A stretch of DNA of 64,000 nt from Patellaria atrata CBS 101060 (lineage: Eukaryota). A program made the translations under genes and the position numbers. Of the stretch, positions 46,199 through 59,989 are shown piece by piece (the first letter of the stretch is position 1; each line of letters starts with the position of its first letter). The notes beneath the pieces are model-generated. The model saw nothing but the letters and a program-made list of their open reading frames with translations, was not told the DNA's origin and did no database searches. Location: the NCBI GenBank assembly GCA_010093705.1, contig MU006116.1, forward strand, positions 37,424 to 101,423, read 5' to 3'.

Positions 46199-47017
46199 CT
46201 AGCGAAACTTGCTCACAATAACTGCAATGATCAAAAGAACTAGCACCGTGATAATCGCAATGGTAATTATCCGATTCGTAGCCATCCTAATGATATTAGC
46301 GATGGTTTGTGTAGTTGTCAAAAGTAGGGAGTCAGTACCTACGCGCCATCCCTCTTAACGTTTTAATGCTTCGATCTGTATACTCCTCACTGTCTAGGAT
46401 CGTCTCTCTAGTATGTCCCATCGTCTCCCTCTGTATAGCCAAATCATCCAGTATGTTCCTTCCAATGTCTTCCGTTTCGTCTGCTATCCTCTGGCTTTCT
46501 CTCAACCGGTAGCTGCTTTGCCCCTGACGATCAGTGTTATTCAGTAGGCGCTGACGCTGGATAGCCTCCTCTTCCATAAAGCCGAAATGATGAGCATGTT
46601 GATCGTCAGAAACGGGTTTTAGTTTCCGGCGTAGGTTCTCGACCTCTTCTTTATACTTCTTGTACCTTTTCTCCATAATATTCTTGACGTTTTTAGGAAC
46701 ATCTTGATTGTTCATTTCCAGATTCAAATTGGCGAGCTACTCCATGTTAGTCTAGTAAGAGGCGACATTGCAAACTCATCTATCCTGACCAGCTCCAGGT
46801 ATTTTCGTTCGAATACCTTGGCCACAGAGTCCGTAAAAGATAGGATAAGACTCACTAAAGTATTTGCCTCCTCTAGATCTGGACCTGCGGAGCCTACAAC
46901 TTGATGCCTGTCTTTCCCCTCAAGCTTCTTCTTCAGTCTCCGTAATATTTCTTGCAGCTCGTTTTCATAGCCACTGAAGGTCTCAAGACCAATCTCGGTA
47001 TCTATAAGGTTCGACAT
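46199..47017 (-). CDS. VTI1: Qb-SNARE Vti1, multi-exon
   Basis: F.GYE.EL N-terminus; QRQRLL..T......RL.ESQRIA.ETE.IG..IL.DL..QRE; DRSIKTLRGMARR|MATNRIITIAIITVLVLLIIAVIVSKFR* transmembrane tail. Confidence 0.88.
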
Positions 47018-47327
47018 CTCTACTGCAAGATCTCTTCACCAGCGTTGAACGTCCGTTCTTAGGTTCAGTACTTCTGAGGTCGGGGTCACGACATTCGATA
47101 CGGCGGAGTGAGTGATGAGAGTGGAGAAGTCAGAAACAAGGAGGTTTCCTTGACTTGGTTACGTCAAAAATTCTGGGTAAGGTATCGTTGGTTCGCCTAG
47201 GTACTAGGACACTGTCGAAGATTTTTGATGATGGTAGTTGAAAAGGTCCCGTAATGGCCTTCCAGAGATGACGACCCAAGGGAGCCGGTCTGGAGTTGTC
47301 TTGGCGCTCGGCGGGTTTCTTTGACCA

Positions 47328-47503
47328 TACCATAAAAACTCAGGTGTTGTCTCCCGGTAGCATAGCGCAAACTAACCAAAGGGGGTGCTAATCGTCCTAG
47401 ATTATAAAATAGTAGCGCGCTAGAACGAATACCTACAGACTAATACCCTCTCTGGTTAGTTTACGCTATGCTACCGAGAGACAACACCTGAGTCTCTACG
47501 GTA
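47328..47503. mobile_element. MITE / non-autonomous Tc1-mariner-like element with about 65-bp TIRs and TA target duplication
   Basis: The left arm TACCATAAAAACTCAGGTGTTGTCTCCCGGTAGCATAGCGCAAACTAACC... is the reverse complement of the right arm (56/66 identical); TA at both ends. Confidence 0.85.
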
Positions 47504-49638
47504 ACCTAAAGTTCTTTCCAACATTATATCAGTAGTAAAAGGCGAAAGGCCAACTGAGAAAAGTCACAGGATCAAGATTTTAGCATTTGATCTACTATTT
47601 CGCGACCTTCTAAATAATAAATCGTCACAGAATAAGTAATATGCTGATCTCGACGCCTCGAGTACGAGAGATCTAGCGACTCGTGTTAGAATACCAGGTA
47701 CAGTAGCTTTTCAGTATGCGCAAACTGAGTCTTCCGCTCTTGTAAGTCAAGCATATATATCTATAAGACCTTACTAGGACAGGTTATATTCCCTTGCCTG
47801 ATCCTCTCCGCGGTAAACCATCAGAGAACCTATGCCGTAACAAGGCTCGACAGTCAAGCTACTATAGTATTGAATAACGTAAACGCTCGTGTTTCCTGAA
47901 TAAGGTTTGTAACCAGAGGTCTTGATCCTTTCTCAGTCATAAGAAAGTACGCGTTCCCGACATCTTATTTCCCGCCATCTCTTTGTTGATTGTCTACCAG
48001 TCATCCTTTCTGGGTTGCTCGTCGCCCATAACTTGTAGAACCGCTCCTTTTTTTTTCTTGGGGAGGGGGGGGGAGGGGGTGAGAAAGGGGGACCGGTTTA
48101 TCAACAAAGACTAGAAGATAATATCCCCAAAATGGGTTATATCACAAGTCTCCTTACAACGCTCTCATTCTTTACTTTCACGCTCGCCGCAAGTGTGAGG
48201 CACTACACTACCATCGGTTATGACACCTGCAACCTCGCAGAGCAGTCCATCCCACACGACAAAAGCCAACCATTCTGACATTCAAACTACGACGAATCAG
48301 TTCCACTTACTATCCTTTCTGATAATCCAAGCAAGTCTATACTTCATAATGGTGGTCGAATTCAAATTCTGGGCGCAAGTCCAAGAAGTCTTCGGTGGAC
48401 ATAATTTCTGGTTGGGAACATGTTATCTTAATTCTCAGGTGTTGTTCTTTCAAGATAGATCACTTGTACTCTCACTGAATTGCTGGCAGAGAGGGCGATC
48501 TCTCATGTGAGATGGTGAGGAATTTCCGTGCTGTTCAGTTATACCGTGAAATGCGTCTCATATTCAATATTCAGTCACATGTCTCGTAAATACACATCTA
48601 CTGTCAAAAACCCTAGATCGCCTGGAAACAAGGGAAGACAAAAGAGAGACAGTTCTCGTTACGGCGTAGGACCAATTCTTGACGCACGTTCTAAAAACGT
48701 GTTCAAACAAACCCCCCCAAGCTGACCCCGGTAGAAGAAGGGATTTCCTTCCCCTCTCCTTTCATGCCCTCGGCGTCTACGTCTTTCCCACCGCATGCTC
48801 TATCAACACGCTCCTCCACGTCGCTGTAAAAGATATGCAGCTGTTATGTCTTTCCGTCGATGACCCAGAAAGCGTTCAGGTCTGCTATGCTCAGGTTGTG
48901 CGGTTGACCGGGTGCAGACTAAACTATCTCGCCGATAATACCACCGTAGTTACAGCGTCAGCTCTGATTACTGATGTGACGAAGTGGGCCTGATATCCGA
49001 GACGAATGTTATGAGTCTCATGGGATTCTACCAGACCGTTGCGCTGGTGTTAATCAAGGCGGGGGGATATGTGACCATGGTAGGAAGTGTGGCGGTCTAT
49101 GTGTATGTGCCCCTATTCCTTCTTGTAACGTTCTTCTGTCTCTTTGGCTAAGATTAAGGTAAGCTAGTCCTCCTACATAGACCTTATGTGTTTTAATGTA
49201 GCTCTCCAGACCTAAAAACCCCTAAGGCCAACTTAATCCCTTCACCAGATCTCCCTGCTGGGAAACCCACTAACCACACAACAGCCATCTACAGTGCCTT
49301 CAAGCAGTCTTGATGACCTCCCAAACGCCCTTCGCGTCGAACCTGACCCCCCAAAGCATGGGTCGTAACAATCGAGAGGTAGTGTGCACTCCCATATAAC
49401 TCTGACTATTTGCGTTAACTCCCTTCGTTGTTCCTTTAGTGGCCCGTTGATCACAAGTATCAGCCTCGGCTAAAGCACTTCGAGGAGGTTTCAATGCTGA
49501 ATGAAGAATGTGCTGAGAGGATCGTGCGACAGGTACTCGGAATACGCCGGTGTGGCTGAGAGGTTGGGGCGTACGAAATAATTGGAGCCTACGGGTCTAT
49601 GGATTGTTGGTCGTTGTATCCTAGTAGTAGAGCCTTCT

Positions 49639-52600
49639 TCAGCAATCTCTCTCTGACAGAATCTTCATCGCCGCCACTCTGCGTGCTCCCTTTCCCAGGT
49701 CGTTATATGCCTTCCTCCGTGCCGCTCTTTTCTTATTATTTCGCGTCCACCTCAGAAGAAAGACTACGTTGTATCGAGGTCGCCGTTCGGCTAGAGGATC
49801 AGCACCATGTTCAAGTAGTAGGTCGATTATAGCTTCGCGTTCGTCGGCTCCCGAGTAAGAATATGCTTCCGATATAGGCAAAAGGAACCCACGGATTTGT
49901 GCGTTAACGTCAGCGCCATAGTGTACTAATAGCTGAATAACCTTCAGCTTGCCTTTCCGTTCCACTTTAACATCCCAACTAGAATTACCTCCACAAGCGG
50001 CGATTAGCGCGGTACCGCACTTAGGGCATTGCGCATTCACGTCAGCACCCTTTTTAATCAGTAACTCAACAGTCTCATCAAACAGGCCCATTGCGGCTGC
50101 TTGTAGAGCGGTAGAAAAGCGACCAAATCGCGAGGGTGGAACTCGTGCATCAACGAAAGCCCCCTTATCGAGTAACAGATCGATAATCCTGCCGTAGGGT
50201 CGTTTATCACCGTATTTTAAGCGAGCAGCCGATGCTGCCAGTAGGGCAGTCCCGAAGCTCTTTCCCGACCCGTTGACATCGGCACCGTTCTCGAGTAGTA
50301 GCTCGACTGTGGTATCGAAGCCTTCCGATGCTGCAGCGATTAGAGCACTGCCGAAGCGCCCACCCTTCATATTGACCTCAGCCCCGTTGTCAAGTAACAC
50401 CTTAACAATTTCATGGGAGCCTCCAAAAGATGCCGCCTGTAGCGGGTAGCCGAGGCGCCCGCCTCGTAGGTTAACGTCAGCCTTATATACGAGCAGTAGT
50501 TCCACGCGCTCTAATGCTCTTTTGATCTCCGATTCACAGTACTGCTTCTGCTCCTCCTCCTCCTCGAGGCGCCTATACCACGCGCTTTTCTCGGCTTCTG
50601 AGAGCGGTTCCCGAAGTAGTTCTGTCTCTTCCAGGTCACGCATCCTATTCTTAATAAGCATAAGCTCGTGGCTGTCCATATGAGGATATTCTGCCGCATT
50701 ATGAAGTGATGTAGGGCCAGGTGGGAACCACAAGTTTTTCCATTGCGCGTTGACATCCACACCCTTCTCTAAGAGTAATTTGAACGCCGGTGTTCCAGTT
50801 TGGGCTGCGTGAACCAAACAGGTACCACCGTTCGCAGTTATGTCCGCGCCGTTGGCGAGTAGTAGCTCTGTAATCTCCTCATCCGCTGCTGCCCCCAAGG
50901 CGCCGTGGTATCTCCCACTGCCCGCGTTTACATCGGCACCTTCCCTGAGGAGGAGCTCGATAATTCCCTTGTGGCCTCGATGTGATGCCGCTTGTAACGC
51001 GTTGCCGTAAAAACCGCCTTTCGCGTGAATATTGGCGCCTTTCTTAACGAGTAGCTCGACTGCTTCAGCCTTGCCCGTAAATGATGCTGCTTGTAACGCG
51101 TTACCGTATTTACCACCTTCAGCGCTGATATTCGCACCTTTTTCGAGCAGTAGCTCGATCACCTTGACGTGACCTTCATATGATGCCGCCTGTAGCGCGT
51201 TACCGTATTCACCAACCTCAGCATTTACATCCGCACCCTTTTCGAGCAGTAGCTCGACTATGTCGACATGACCTGCATATGATGCCTCCTGTAGCGCGTT
51301 AGTGCCTCCATATTTCCTTCTGTTTGAGATTGCTTTGACGTCAACTCCCTTCTCTAGCAGTTTCTTGACGATTCCATATCGGCCCCTTTGCGCTGCCGCA
51401 TGAAGCGCGTCAACATTGCCCGTATTGTCCTCTGCTACAGCGGCCGTCTCGATCAAAATATTAACTATCTCCTCGTCGCTCTCATCAACTGCCAAGCGGA
51501 ACGCGCTTTTGTACTCCTCGTTCGAGGGTCTGTAGGGTGTAGGATCGTCTGGATGGGATGGAGGAATATTTGAATAAGATGAAAGTTCATCTGAATTGTT
51601 AGGCGGAGAGTGGTTTGACTTTCTGTGTACTGTTGAGCGGCGCTTCGTAACCTTACGGCTTTGTTTACTTCCTTCCGCATTCAGATCCGAGTCATTTGTC
51701 AAGGCTTTAACGAGGTGTATTCGACCTTCACCTGTCATAGAGTATAACAACCATTTATCGTTTTCTGAGCGATACTTCCTAAATCTGGGATATTCTCTAC
51801 CTGTTTCCTTGGACTCTTCGTCGAGCTTTGAACGATAATCGACACACTTTTCCAGTTTTCCCTTATTTTCAACCCCAAATTCCCGGAGAAAATCATTCTG
51901 TGAGATTCCATCGCGTTGCGCGTCATCGGCATGGTGAAACATACGGTGAACCGCATAGGATAAGAGGGGAAACTCTTCATTAAGCTTACGTAGCTGACTT
52001 GGTTTCTTTCCATTGTAAGAGGAACGTCTGTTTTCCAATTTTAAAAAGTACCGGAAACAACCATTCTTAAGTTGATCGTGACTTAGACCAGATAAAGAGG
52101 AGCTAAGGTTAGGGTTCAGGATCACCAGCCCATCCTTTAGCAGAAAGTCTCTCGCAGTCTCATGGATGAATTGTACTGCATTAGACGACCAGGTTTTCGA
52201 AATTTCGATAAGACCTTTCGAGCATCTGAGAATATACCGTTCGATAACTTTCTCGTTAGGAATCGTGAAGTCAAATTCGTCTTGGGATTGTGATCCAGTC
52301 TTGATTGCTGAATAGAGTTGAGCTGGACTGAGCGGCTCTTTCGCAAATAATACCCATTGCAGTAATAAAATGGTTCTCTCTAAATCAACCGTATCCCTGA
52401 GTAGCAGCTCCTTGAAGACGTCATTCAGTTCCCCTGGAAGCTCACTTAGCCGTTGACTCATCGCATCCACTTCGCCTTGGTCGTGTAGTTCGTTTAAGAT
52501 CTGAACGGCTAAAATAACCCAAAGAAAAACACCAGAGGCTCTGTGGCATATATCATGTCGTAAGTTTTCCATTTCCGGACGTTCACCTCCGTTAAGTCGA

Positions 52601-54618
52601 TCATGTACGAAAGTGGCAATATCATCACTATGACCCTGATGATGATCCAATGTCAATGAAACTCCCTTTTTGATGGTAATGTTTGGGTAATGACGGCTCG
52701 AAAGACAGACATGAAATAATGAGTTGCTGCTAATAGCAACGTGTCCTAGCTCTTCAAGGAACCAAACCATCGGACGAACATCAGCCTCCTCACCCTCGTC
52801 TAGAGCGTCGATGAAGATAGAAAGGGGTTGGGCCCCCAGGGATCTTATTACGTCAGTAAGGAACACCTGAAGTTCGGGAATCGTCCATTCGTCGACCTCC
52901 CATTTGGCATTTGCAGGATCCCCCTTGCTAGAAGAGAGTAGTTTTGCCTTAGTGGAGAATTCTTCAACGAAAGAGTCTTGAAATTGTGGGAGCGCTCTAA
53001 GGAGTTGATGGACCAGTGAGCGATACATGCCATGGGTGGATCTTTCGAGTGGATTAGCTGCTCTCGCGTTGAAACAGTATGTGATGACTCCGGATCGGTG
53101 CTGCTGCCGTACACGATTATAGACTGTTTTCCACATAGTTGACTTGCCGGATCCTGGTTTACCCTTGATCCAGAGAAAGCCATGATGGTCTTTTATTTTG
53201 CTTGTATCCCGCCAGTCCTTGAACTCGGCTTGCTCAAAAACCCATTGGCATGTCTCCTTGTGAGGTGCACGAATCGTTCTAAGGCGAGCATCTTCACGTG
53301 GAAAAGAAAGTGATTTCAATAATACAGAATATATAGATCGTCCATCGCTCATGTTTGTTGGGGCTGCTTGATCGATTGTATCACCGGTAGAGGTTGGTAG
53401 TGGCATATACACTATCTTCAAGTCTGTTGATGGTCTGCGTCGGATGGTATTATCGCCTGGTTATGATGACGAGAAGTATCAGCATTTTCTGGCCAATCAA
53501 TCTATATAATTTCTACATACATTGCATCTCCAACGACTGCATAAGCTGTCTCGCTATCGTACTAATGACTAGTTCACAATCTCGATCCTGATACGAACTG
53601 AATTTGCAAATTGTACTATGATCTGCCGCTATAGGTACCTGCGTCTCAATGTTTCCAGGCAGATTAAGCGTCGCGGAGCTTTTGTCGACAATCTAAAATC
53701 TATTAGCTTCTCGCCATTTACTGCAACGTATATTCGAGTATACTGCCTTACCCGCTTTACCTGCCTGCCGAACAGTTTGGTTGTATTTTCCTCATAGAAA
53801 CTTATCATCAAGAGCTTGTTTCCAGCCATATGTCGAGACATCTCATGCAAGTTCGTGGCCCCTTGCGATTCACGTTTTAGTAACGTAATGAGGTCGTTCT
53901 TTGGACCGTTTGAAGCTGTCCGAAAGAGAGCAACTACAAATTCCCCTACGGTGGCATAATTTCCCCCTCGATGAGGTGTGGAGAAGAAGACTAGGAGACG
54001 GGTAGATTCGGCAATGTACTTATAATCAACGTTCAATTTTGCCTCAATTAAAGCCTAGAGAGTAATGGTGTGAGCAGAGAGATGATCTCCGGTAGACATG
54101 CTTTCTACGTACCTGCTTCACTACCAGGCCACCCATGCTGTGACATATAAATACGATCGGTCGTGTTGGCTTTTCCTGATGCAGAGCAAGTGTTAGAATA
54201 AGAGACACAGCCAGTATTATCCTCTTCCGCGACCCCTATCTCTTCTATGAACTGAAAACATACGGCTCGTTTTATTGTTAGCGAGATTAAAAGTTTCTCG
54301 GCATAGTCTTTCAGATTTACAGCCCCTGCCCCTACCGCAGGGCTGGCATTGTATCCGAACAACATGACGCGAGCAGGATTCGGTAGGCGAGAAGGTAATA
54401 GATCTTTAAGCCAGAGACATCCGTTTTCTTTAGATGTCCAGGTAGCGGAAGCGTGGTTTGGTTTGTCACCGATATTCAGTCCATGAACCGCTACGATACT
54501 AATGATAAGATTAGTCTCTACATCTATAGTGCAAGATTAGGTAGTTATACTCAATCTCTGGTGGGCCTGAAGGCTCGCTGGTCTGCTCGCTACTGTCGAA
54601 GATGATATCCAGTCCCAT
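49639..54618 (-). CDS. Fungal NLR-like STAND protein: N-terminal alpha/beta-hydrolase (SesB/DUF676-like), NACHT, ankyrin repeats
   Basis: Exons splice in frame: DIVAVHGL, WLKDLLP, RVMLFGY, RPIVFICHSMGGLVVKQAL, FFSTPHRG, DHSTICKF; then LWIKGKPGSGKST, IFIDALDE, SSRHYP, ASGVFLWV; C-terminal GNALQAAS..GH..IVELLLEKGADVNA repeats. Confidence 0.9.
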
Positions 54619-56360
54619 CTTGACGGTGCTTCTTGCGCTAACAGTAAACCTAGTAAGAAATCCAACTCAATAAAATAATATAAATACAATTCACTCTGAA
54701 CTGCACCAAACAAGAAAGAGGGTGGAGCGGAAGTCGCCATGATATAGATATAAGGACGGTGAGGGCGAAATACTGAGCGCTTAACCGCCCTTCTTCTGGC
54801 TGAGCCACAGCCTTGTAACCTAGAATCTGCTACGATAGCTCGAAGGTCTTCGATCCGTATATTGTGGTACTCCATCAGGTAGACTTGAGAGAAGAGAGTG
54901 CCCCAGACTCTCCGAAGCCATGCGAATCGTGTAGTGTATATGAAAAGCTTGAATGTTGATATGCTTTGATAGTATCAGCAGCATAAAGAGAGTCGAGTTA
55001 TATTTCGGAAAGGGTGATTCTCGATGTTCTCGTAAAGATCTGCATTAGGGCGCTATAACTCCCCACTGCATCGCGTATGAGAGGATTGACCCGAGGGAGC
55101 CATCCAGACCAGGAACGAATCGAAAAGAAATCGGCCATCTCCATCCAGAGAACGAGGAACGGCTCGATCACGGGGGATATTTTAACCATAACCGTGCCCG
55201 AGCGGCTGTGGTAGGCGTTAGAGTTATTGTGGGTGGCACATGTGGACGCCCCTATCAATCCTTGTAAATAAAAAGCACAAAACTATGGCCCAATAAGGTA
55301 ATCGAACGGTAAAACCGTAATCTACTATACAGGTTTAAGTAAATACTAAGACAGACATAGGCGATGTTATTGACAGTGGGTCTCTTGCTCTTAAGCATAT
55401 TTGGCAAGGTATGTAGGTATAATACAACAACAGAAACATCGATCTTAATTGATGAAATCGTATCGTAAAACCTAGCCCCTATACAAAGACGAACGAATAT
55501 CTTCCTTAGGGTTTCATGGTATTACTTGTAACACGGGGCAATATCTAACAGACAAATGAGATCAAGAACAGAAAACCACAAGAATAGCGGGTGGCATCGC
55601 CCGCATATGAGCAACCAGAATGAAGCATTAGATATGAGCAAACAGTTCTACTCTTTTGGCCCCATGTTAATGCACTCATGGTGCGCAAAAGCTTGGATTC
55701 CGCGCCGCAGATCACAGATCATTGGTATTAATCGCGATAGAAAACATAGGTACGCGCTCAAGTGACAATTTTAGAACTACTGCAGTCAGCCAATGTACAC
55801 TCCATACTTCAGACGCGCTCGCCTTCATAAGAGATTTTCACAGAGAAATGTCAAAGGTACGTCGAAATAAAGACATGTTAAGTTGTCAACGGGCGATGTT
55901 CTTTTCGACCGGGCCTTGCCCCAAACCGCCTAGCCAGATTCTAAGCGCTTCTCTACCATAAGGTAAGTTCTACTCACAGGTACGATAAGCGCATGTGTCC
56001 GCTGCAACCCTTTCGTCCCGATTCTTGTCTACCGGAAACGGGAGATGATGATGTAACCGATTCCTCGAGTTCTCCCGACTTACAGAAAATATGTCGTGGT
56101 CTAATCGATAAACTTTATGGGACCCTTCAGCAAGAGACGAGGCATCGGGGGAACTTTTGGAATAGTACCGCCGAGATGAGACCGAGTAACAAGGTCCAAG
56201 GGTCAGAATAGGGTATATGTTTACTAAATCACCATGTATTCAGGCGACCAACAGTTTCCCTTGAGACAAATTCTTCTTTTAGATATCAATAAGCTCCCTC
56301 GCAGCTCTTTGGACAACATATATCTCTCTCTCTCAAAAAAAAAAAAAAAGTTCAACCACA

Positions 56361-57216
56361 ATGGTCCTCAGCAAGCAGAATATATTTGTCCTCGGAGCAA
56401 CAGGTACTGGACATACCCCTTTCCTCATTTTATATCTCTACCCGATCCCGTGTTCCCCCGTTACTATTCTCTCCCTTCATCGATCTCCATTTCCATTTCC
56501 ATTTCCATTTCCACTTCCATTTCCAACTCCAGCCCTACTGACCCCTCTTCAGGCGAATGCGGCCTTACCTTCCTCCACCACATCCTCTCTCTGCCCCCTA
56601 CCACCGCGCCCCGTCTTACTCTCTACGCGCGCTCCCCCTCCAAGCTCCCCGCTCCTCTCCTCACCACTCCACCCCCCAACATCAAAATCATCCGGGGCTC
56701 TCTGACCGACATCCCGCACCTAACCACCTCCATGGCGTCATGCACGACCGTCGTCTCGTTCCTCGGCGCGCCACCCAACTTCCCCAACATCTTTATGCGG
56801 GACAAGCGGACGCCGATCGCAGACGCACTCGCGGGGGTGTTCGAGGCGATGCGCAAGAACGGCGTCAAACGCATCCTAGCGCTCTCGACGCCTGCTTTTG
56901 CTGTCCCTGGCGAGAGAGAGGCGATGGGTTGGGGGTGGTGGTTGTGGTCGTGCATCCCGCCGCTGATCGTGCCGCAGGGGAGCGCGGAGATGAAGGCGAT
57001 CGGGGAAACGGTTAGCAAGCAGGCTGATTTGGAGTGGACTGTTTTTCGCGTGCCGCAGCTGCTGAATGGAGGGGAGGAGAAGGGAATCAAGGCGGGGTTT
57101 CTTGGGCCGAAGTATGAGGGGTGGATTTGGTTGGGTAGGGTCAGTTTGGTGAGATGGGTTTTAGGGGAGATTGAGAAGGGGAATGGGTCGGGAGGGCACC
57201 GGTGGTGTCGAATTGA
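56361..57216 (+). CDS. NAD(P)-binding Rossmann-fold protein (flavin/biliverdin reductase B-like), with an apparent 1-nt frameshift near the 3' end
   Basis: IFVLGATG|ECG, YARSPSKL, GSLTD, VVSFLG, GVKRILALST, LEWTVFRVP; the expected terminus EWVGRAPVVSN* lies in a shifted frame. Confidence 0.8.
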
Positions 57217-58271
57217 GCGAGGAAAAAGGGCTGGTGGAAATAAGTTGGGCGAAGGGGGTGGAAACGTTAGTCGGGGAAAAGGGGTCCGCAAAGGGATTGA
57301 AAAAAGGGGCTGATGTGGGGTGCGGTGGGAAGTTACATGTGGTGGGTTGGTGGAAGTTTTGGCAAGGTGAAGTTTGTCATAGTTCTCGTTGGACCATTTG
57401 TGAGGTAATGGTCTGTAGTATGCAGTTAGCGTATCATCGACTCAATTGACTCAACCATTTCCGAGATGATTCCTCCCTACAGTCGCACGAAGCAGGCAAG
57501 TATACAAGAGCCATAAGCGAGCTGAGTCTTAAGGGAGGGAAGAGTCAAAGATAAGATTTAGAGTAATCATGGTCAAATTAAGGTTCTGATAAAAATGTGC
57601 AGTAGTACAAAAGTGAAAATTCAGAGCAGATCAGTTGAGACCGATAGAGCAATAGAGCCTATGTGGTCGGGTTATTGTTGGGTGATGTTACATTGTGTGC
57701 ATGCAAGAAACAGAAAATCAAAGGTCAATTCAAAAGTGCATATCGAATCTCCGGAATCTACAATAATCATAATGAAGTCGTAGGCCGCATGCATGAATGG
57801 GTAAGTAGCAATCAATGATGGTAGTGGTAGTAATATGGCAGGTCGTAGGTGATACATACAGTGTGAAGTTGGATGTAGAGAAAATAATGGGTCAGAGGAT
57901 GGAAGAGCCATGGAATTCAAAAGAGAAAGAACAGCAAAGTGGCGTCAGAAGGGTAAGCTAGAACGCAAGATTGAATGAGGGATTGGCTGATTTGCCCCTG
58001 ATTATCGTAGCCTGAAGAGTCTAGACACCTAGACTTTGAGATCCCCTCAAACTCTTCGCTTGAGTGAAAAACGACATCTATACTATCGTACCCAAATGCC
58101 AAGCAATGCAATGCAGAATTCACTCCAGGTGTATTCAATTCCAAATCAAACGCTCTCGTAATGCAATTTGTGATCACCTTCGATGGTCTCTTAGGACGAT
58201 GTAATAGTGAAGCTCTGTTATTATTCGCAAGGGCGTGTCCATGAGGATGGTTTTATGCAGTAGATGCCATT

Positions 58272-58955
58272 CTACATGTGGAATGTGGGCCGATGACGCC
58301 TAGGTGTACCTGAGATATGCTCGTTGTCTTCATCTATAGCCTCCAGCAAGTCTACATGCAACAACCGCGGGATCTGATCGTCCGGTATCTCATCAACGGG
58401 GAGATAAATATCTTCCATAGTAGGAACCTTTCGAACTTCATCCAACTCATAGGGCGGAAGTGTGTTGACCTGATGCCACGCTATGGTAGGGTTCCTAAAT
58501 TCCCTTGGAATCGGTAGGTATCGTGAGAACTTGCTTGTAGCTCGATCGTCCCCCTCCCACTTCATCTCTTGATACCCTGGCCACGGTGCAATTGGTCTCC
58601 ATTGAATGTTATGCTGGGGACACCATATGGTTGACTGTCCACCTAGCACAGCTCCTCTATTTCCTATGAAGTCTCGCCCCCCGAACGCTTTTTGTATAGG
58701 TGGAGGTAGTGAATGTCCGGATCCCCTGGCCAATTCCATCCGAGCCGCTTCTCCACTTCTCACTGAAAGCAACTTTTTAGTGCGTCTATGCTTCGCTCGT
58801 ATAGTCTCTTGTCTCAGGGCAAGCCACTCTGAAAAATCCGATGGTATCAATGGACTGTGTGGAAAATGTCGTTCCATTTTAGCAACGCAAGCTTGATGGC
58901 GTTCTTGTTCTTTCGTTGGCGCCGAGACCCATGTTCTGCTATGCGTATGTGCCAT
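58272..58955 (-). CDS. Hypothetical protein resembling a conserved ascomycete family
   Basis: 227-aa ORF with APWP...EMKWEGDDR....F.RYLP.PR motif; function unknown. Confidence 0.6.
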   Translation of the reverse strand: MAHTHSRTWVSAPTKEQERHQACVAKMERHFPHSPLIPSDFSEWLALRQETIRAKHRRTKKLLSVRSGEAARMELARGSGHSLPPPIQKAFGGRDFIGNRGAVLGGQSTIWCPQHNIQWRPIAPWPGYQEMKWEGDDRATSKFSRYLPIPREFRNPTIAWHQVNTLPPYELDEVRKVPTMEDIYLPVDEIPDDQIPRLLHVDLLEAIDEDNEHISGTPRRHRPTFHM

Positions 58956-59989
58956 TCCAGATGATATCGATGATATTGCGATGAATGGTGGTATGAGGAT
59001 CCGAATTCCTCTATTCCAAAGTCGGGGTTTGTCTGATGGAGATACTCAAGAATAGAAAGCTGGAGGAAGAAAAGGTAGATATAGGTCTGTCGAAGAAGAG
59101 GATTAGGTTCCCGTAACGGGTTGTGAACTGTATTCGGGACAAGGTTAATGACTTGACTTTCTTATGTGACAGACTTTGTGAGAAAACAAGCCAATGAAAA
59201 CGGACGACATATGAATTCCGACTGTGCAAGCTGCAAACCATTCCATCCCGTAAGTTCGTTTTCACCTGCGCCGGTGATAACGACCAACGAGCGAAGGTAG
59301 GCGGTACGCTCCAAGCTGCATGTGAGACCCGGCAAGTTCCCATACTTGACCCTTTGATATCTCTGTATAAACTTGACAAACCTTCGGGGAACGGCGAAAA
59401 AGGAACTAAACTTAAACCTTATCTTACAGCGTCGTTGATAAACTTACTATATTGATCAGGTATTGTAACCTTACAAAACCTGAATAGCCCTTTGATCTGG
59501 GAATCTACCTTGCTAGAGCCTGTGAAGGGAAGTGGAAACTGGAGGGTGGGGGGATGCTAATATATATTCGTTGCTAGAAAGTCTGACCATTGGAGTGACA
59601 CGTCTCCTAAATATGATCAGGTCAACAGGCTGCATGAATAGCACAATGTCCGTAAATCGCTATTGTCCTTCTATGACAATAGAAGAGTCACGCGTCTGAT
59701 TCATAGAGCAAGCGGTATCGGTTGGTGCCTACTCAGACTGAGCGGTGTGACGATTCTGAAAATGAAGTCTCAATGTTAGACCTTGCTTCCACCTAGAACC
59801 TCGAGTTCTGCTGATGTGAAGGCAATACGATAGACCGGCTTTGCAATAGCTCATCGGCGGCCTTGATCCATGAGGTCAGCAAGCGAAATCTAACAGCTCA
59901 TATGCGGATATCTAAGACGAACGGTCAATGCCCAGAATGCCCGTTTATAGATAAACAACTCATACACTACAGCCGTGTGACTCTTCAGA

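Noticed and set aside
48220..49000. Short + strand ORFs downstream of the NLR as a partner effector or amyloid-signalling gene
   Set aside because: No HeLo, gasdermin or amyloid-motif-like sequence recognisable, and no reliable gene model.
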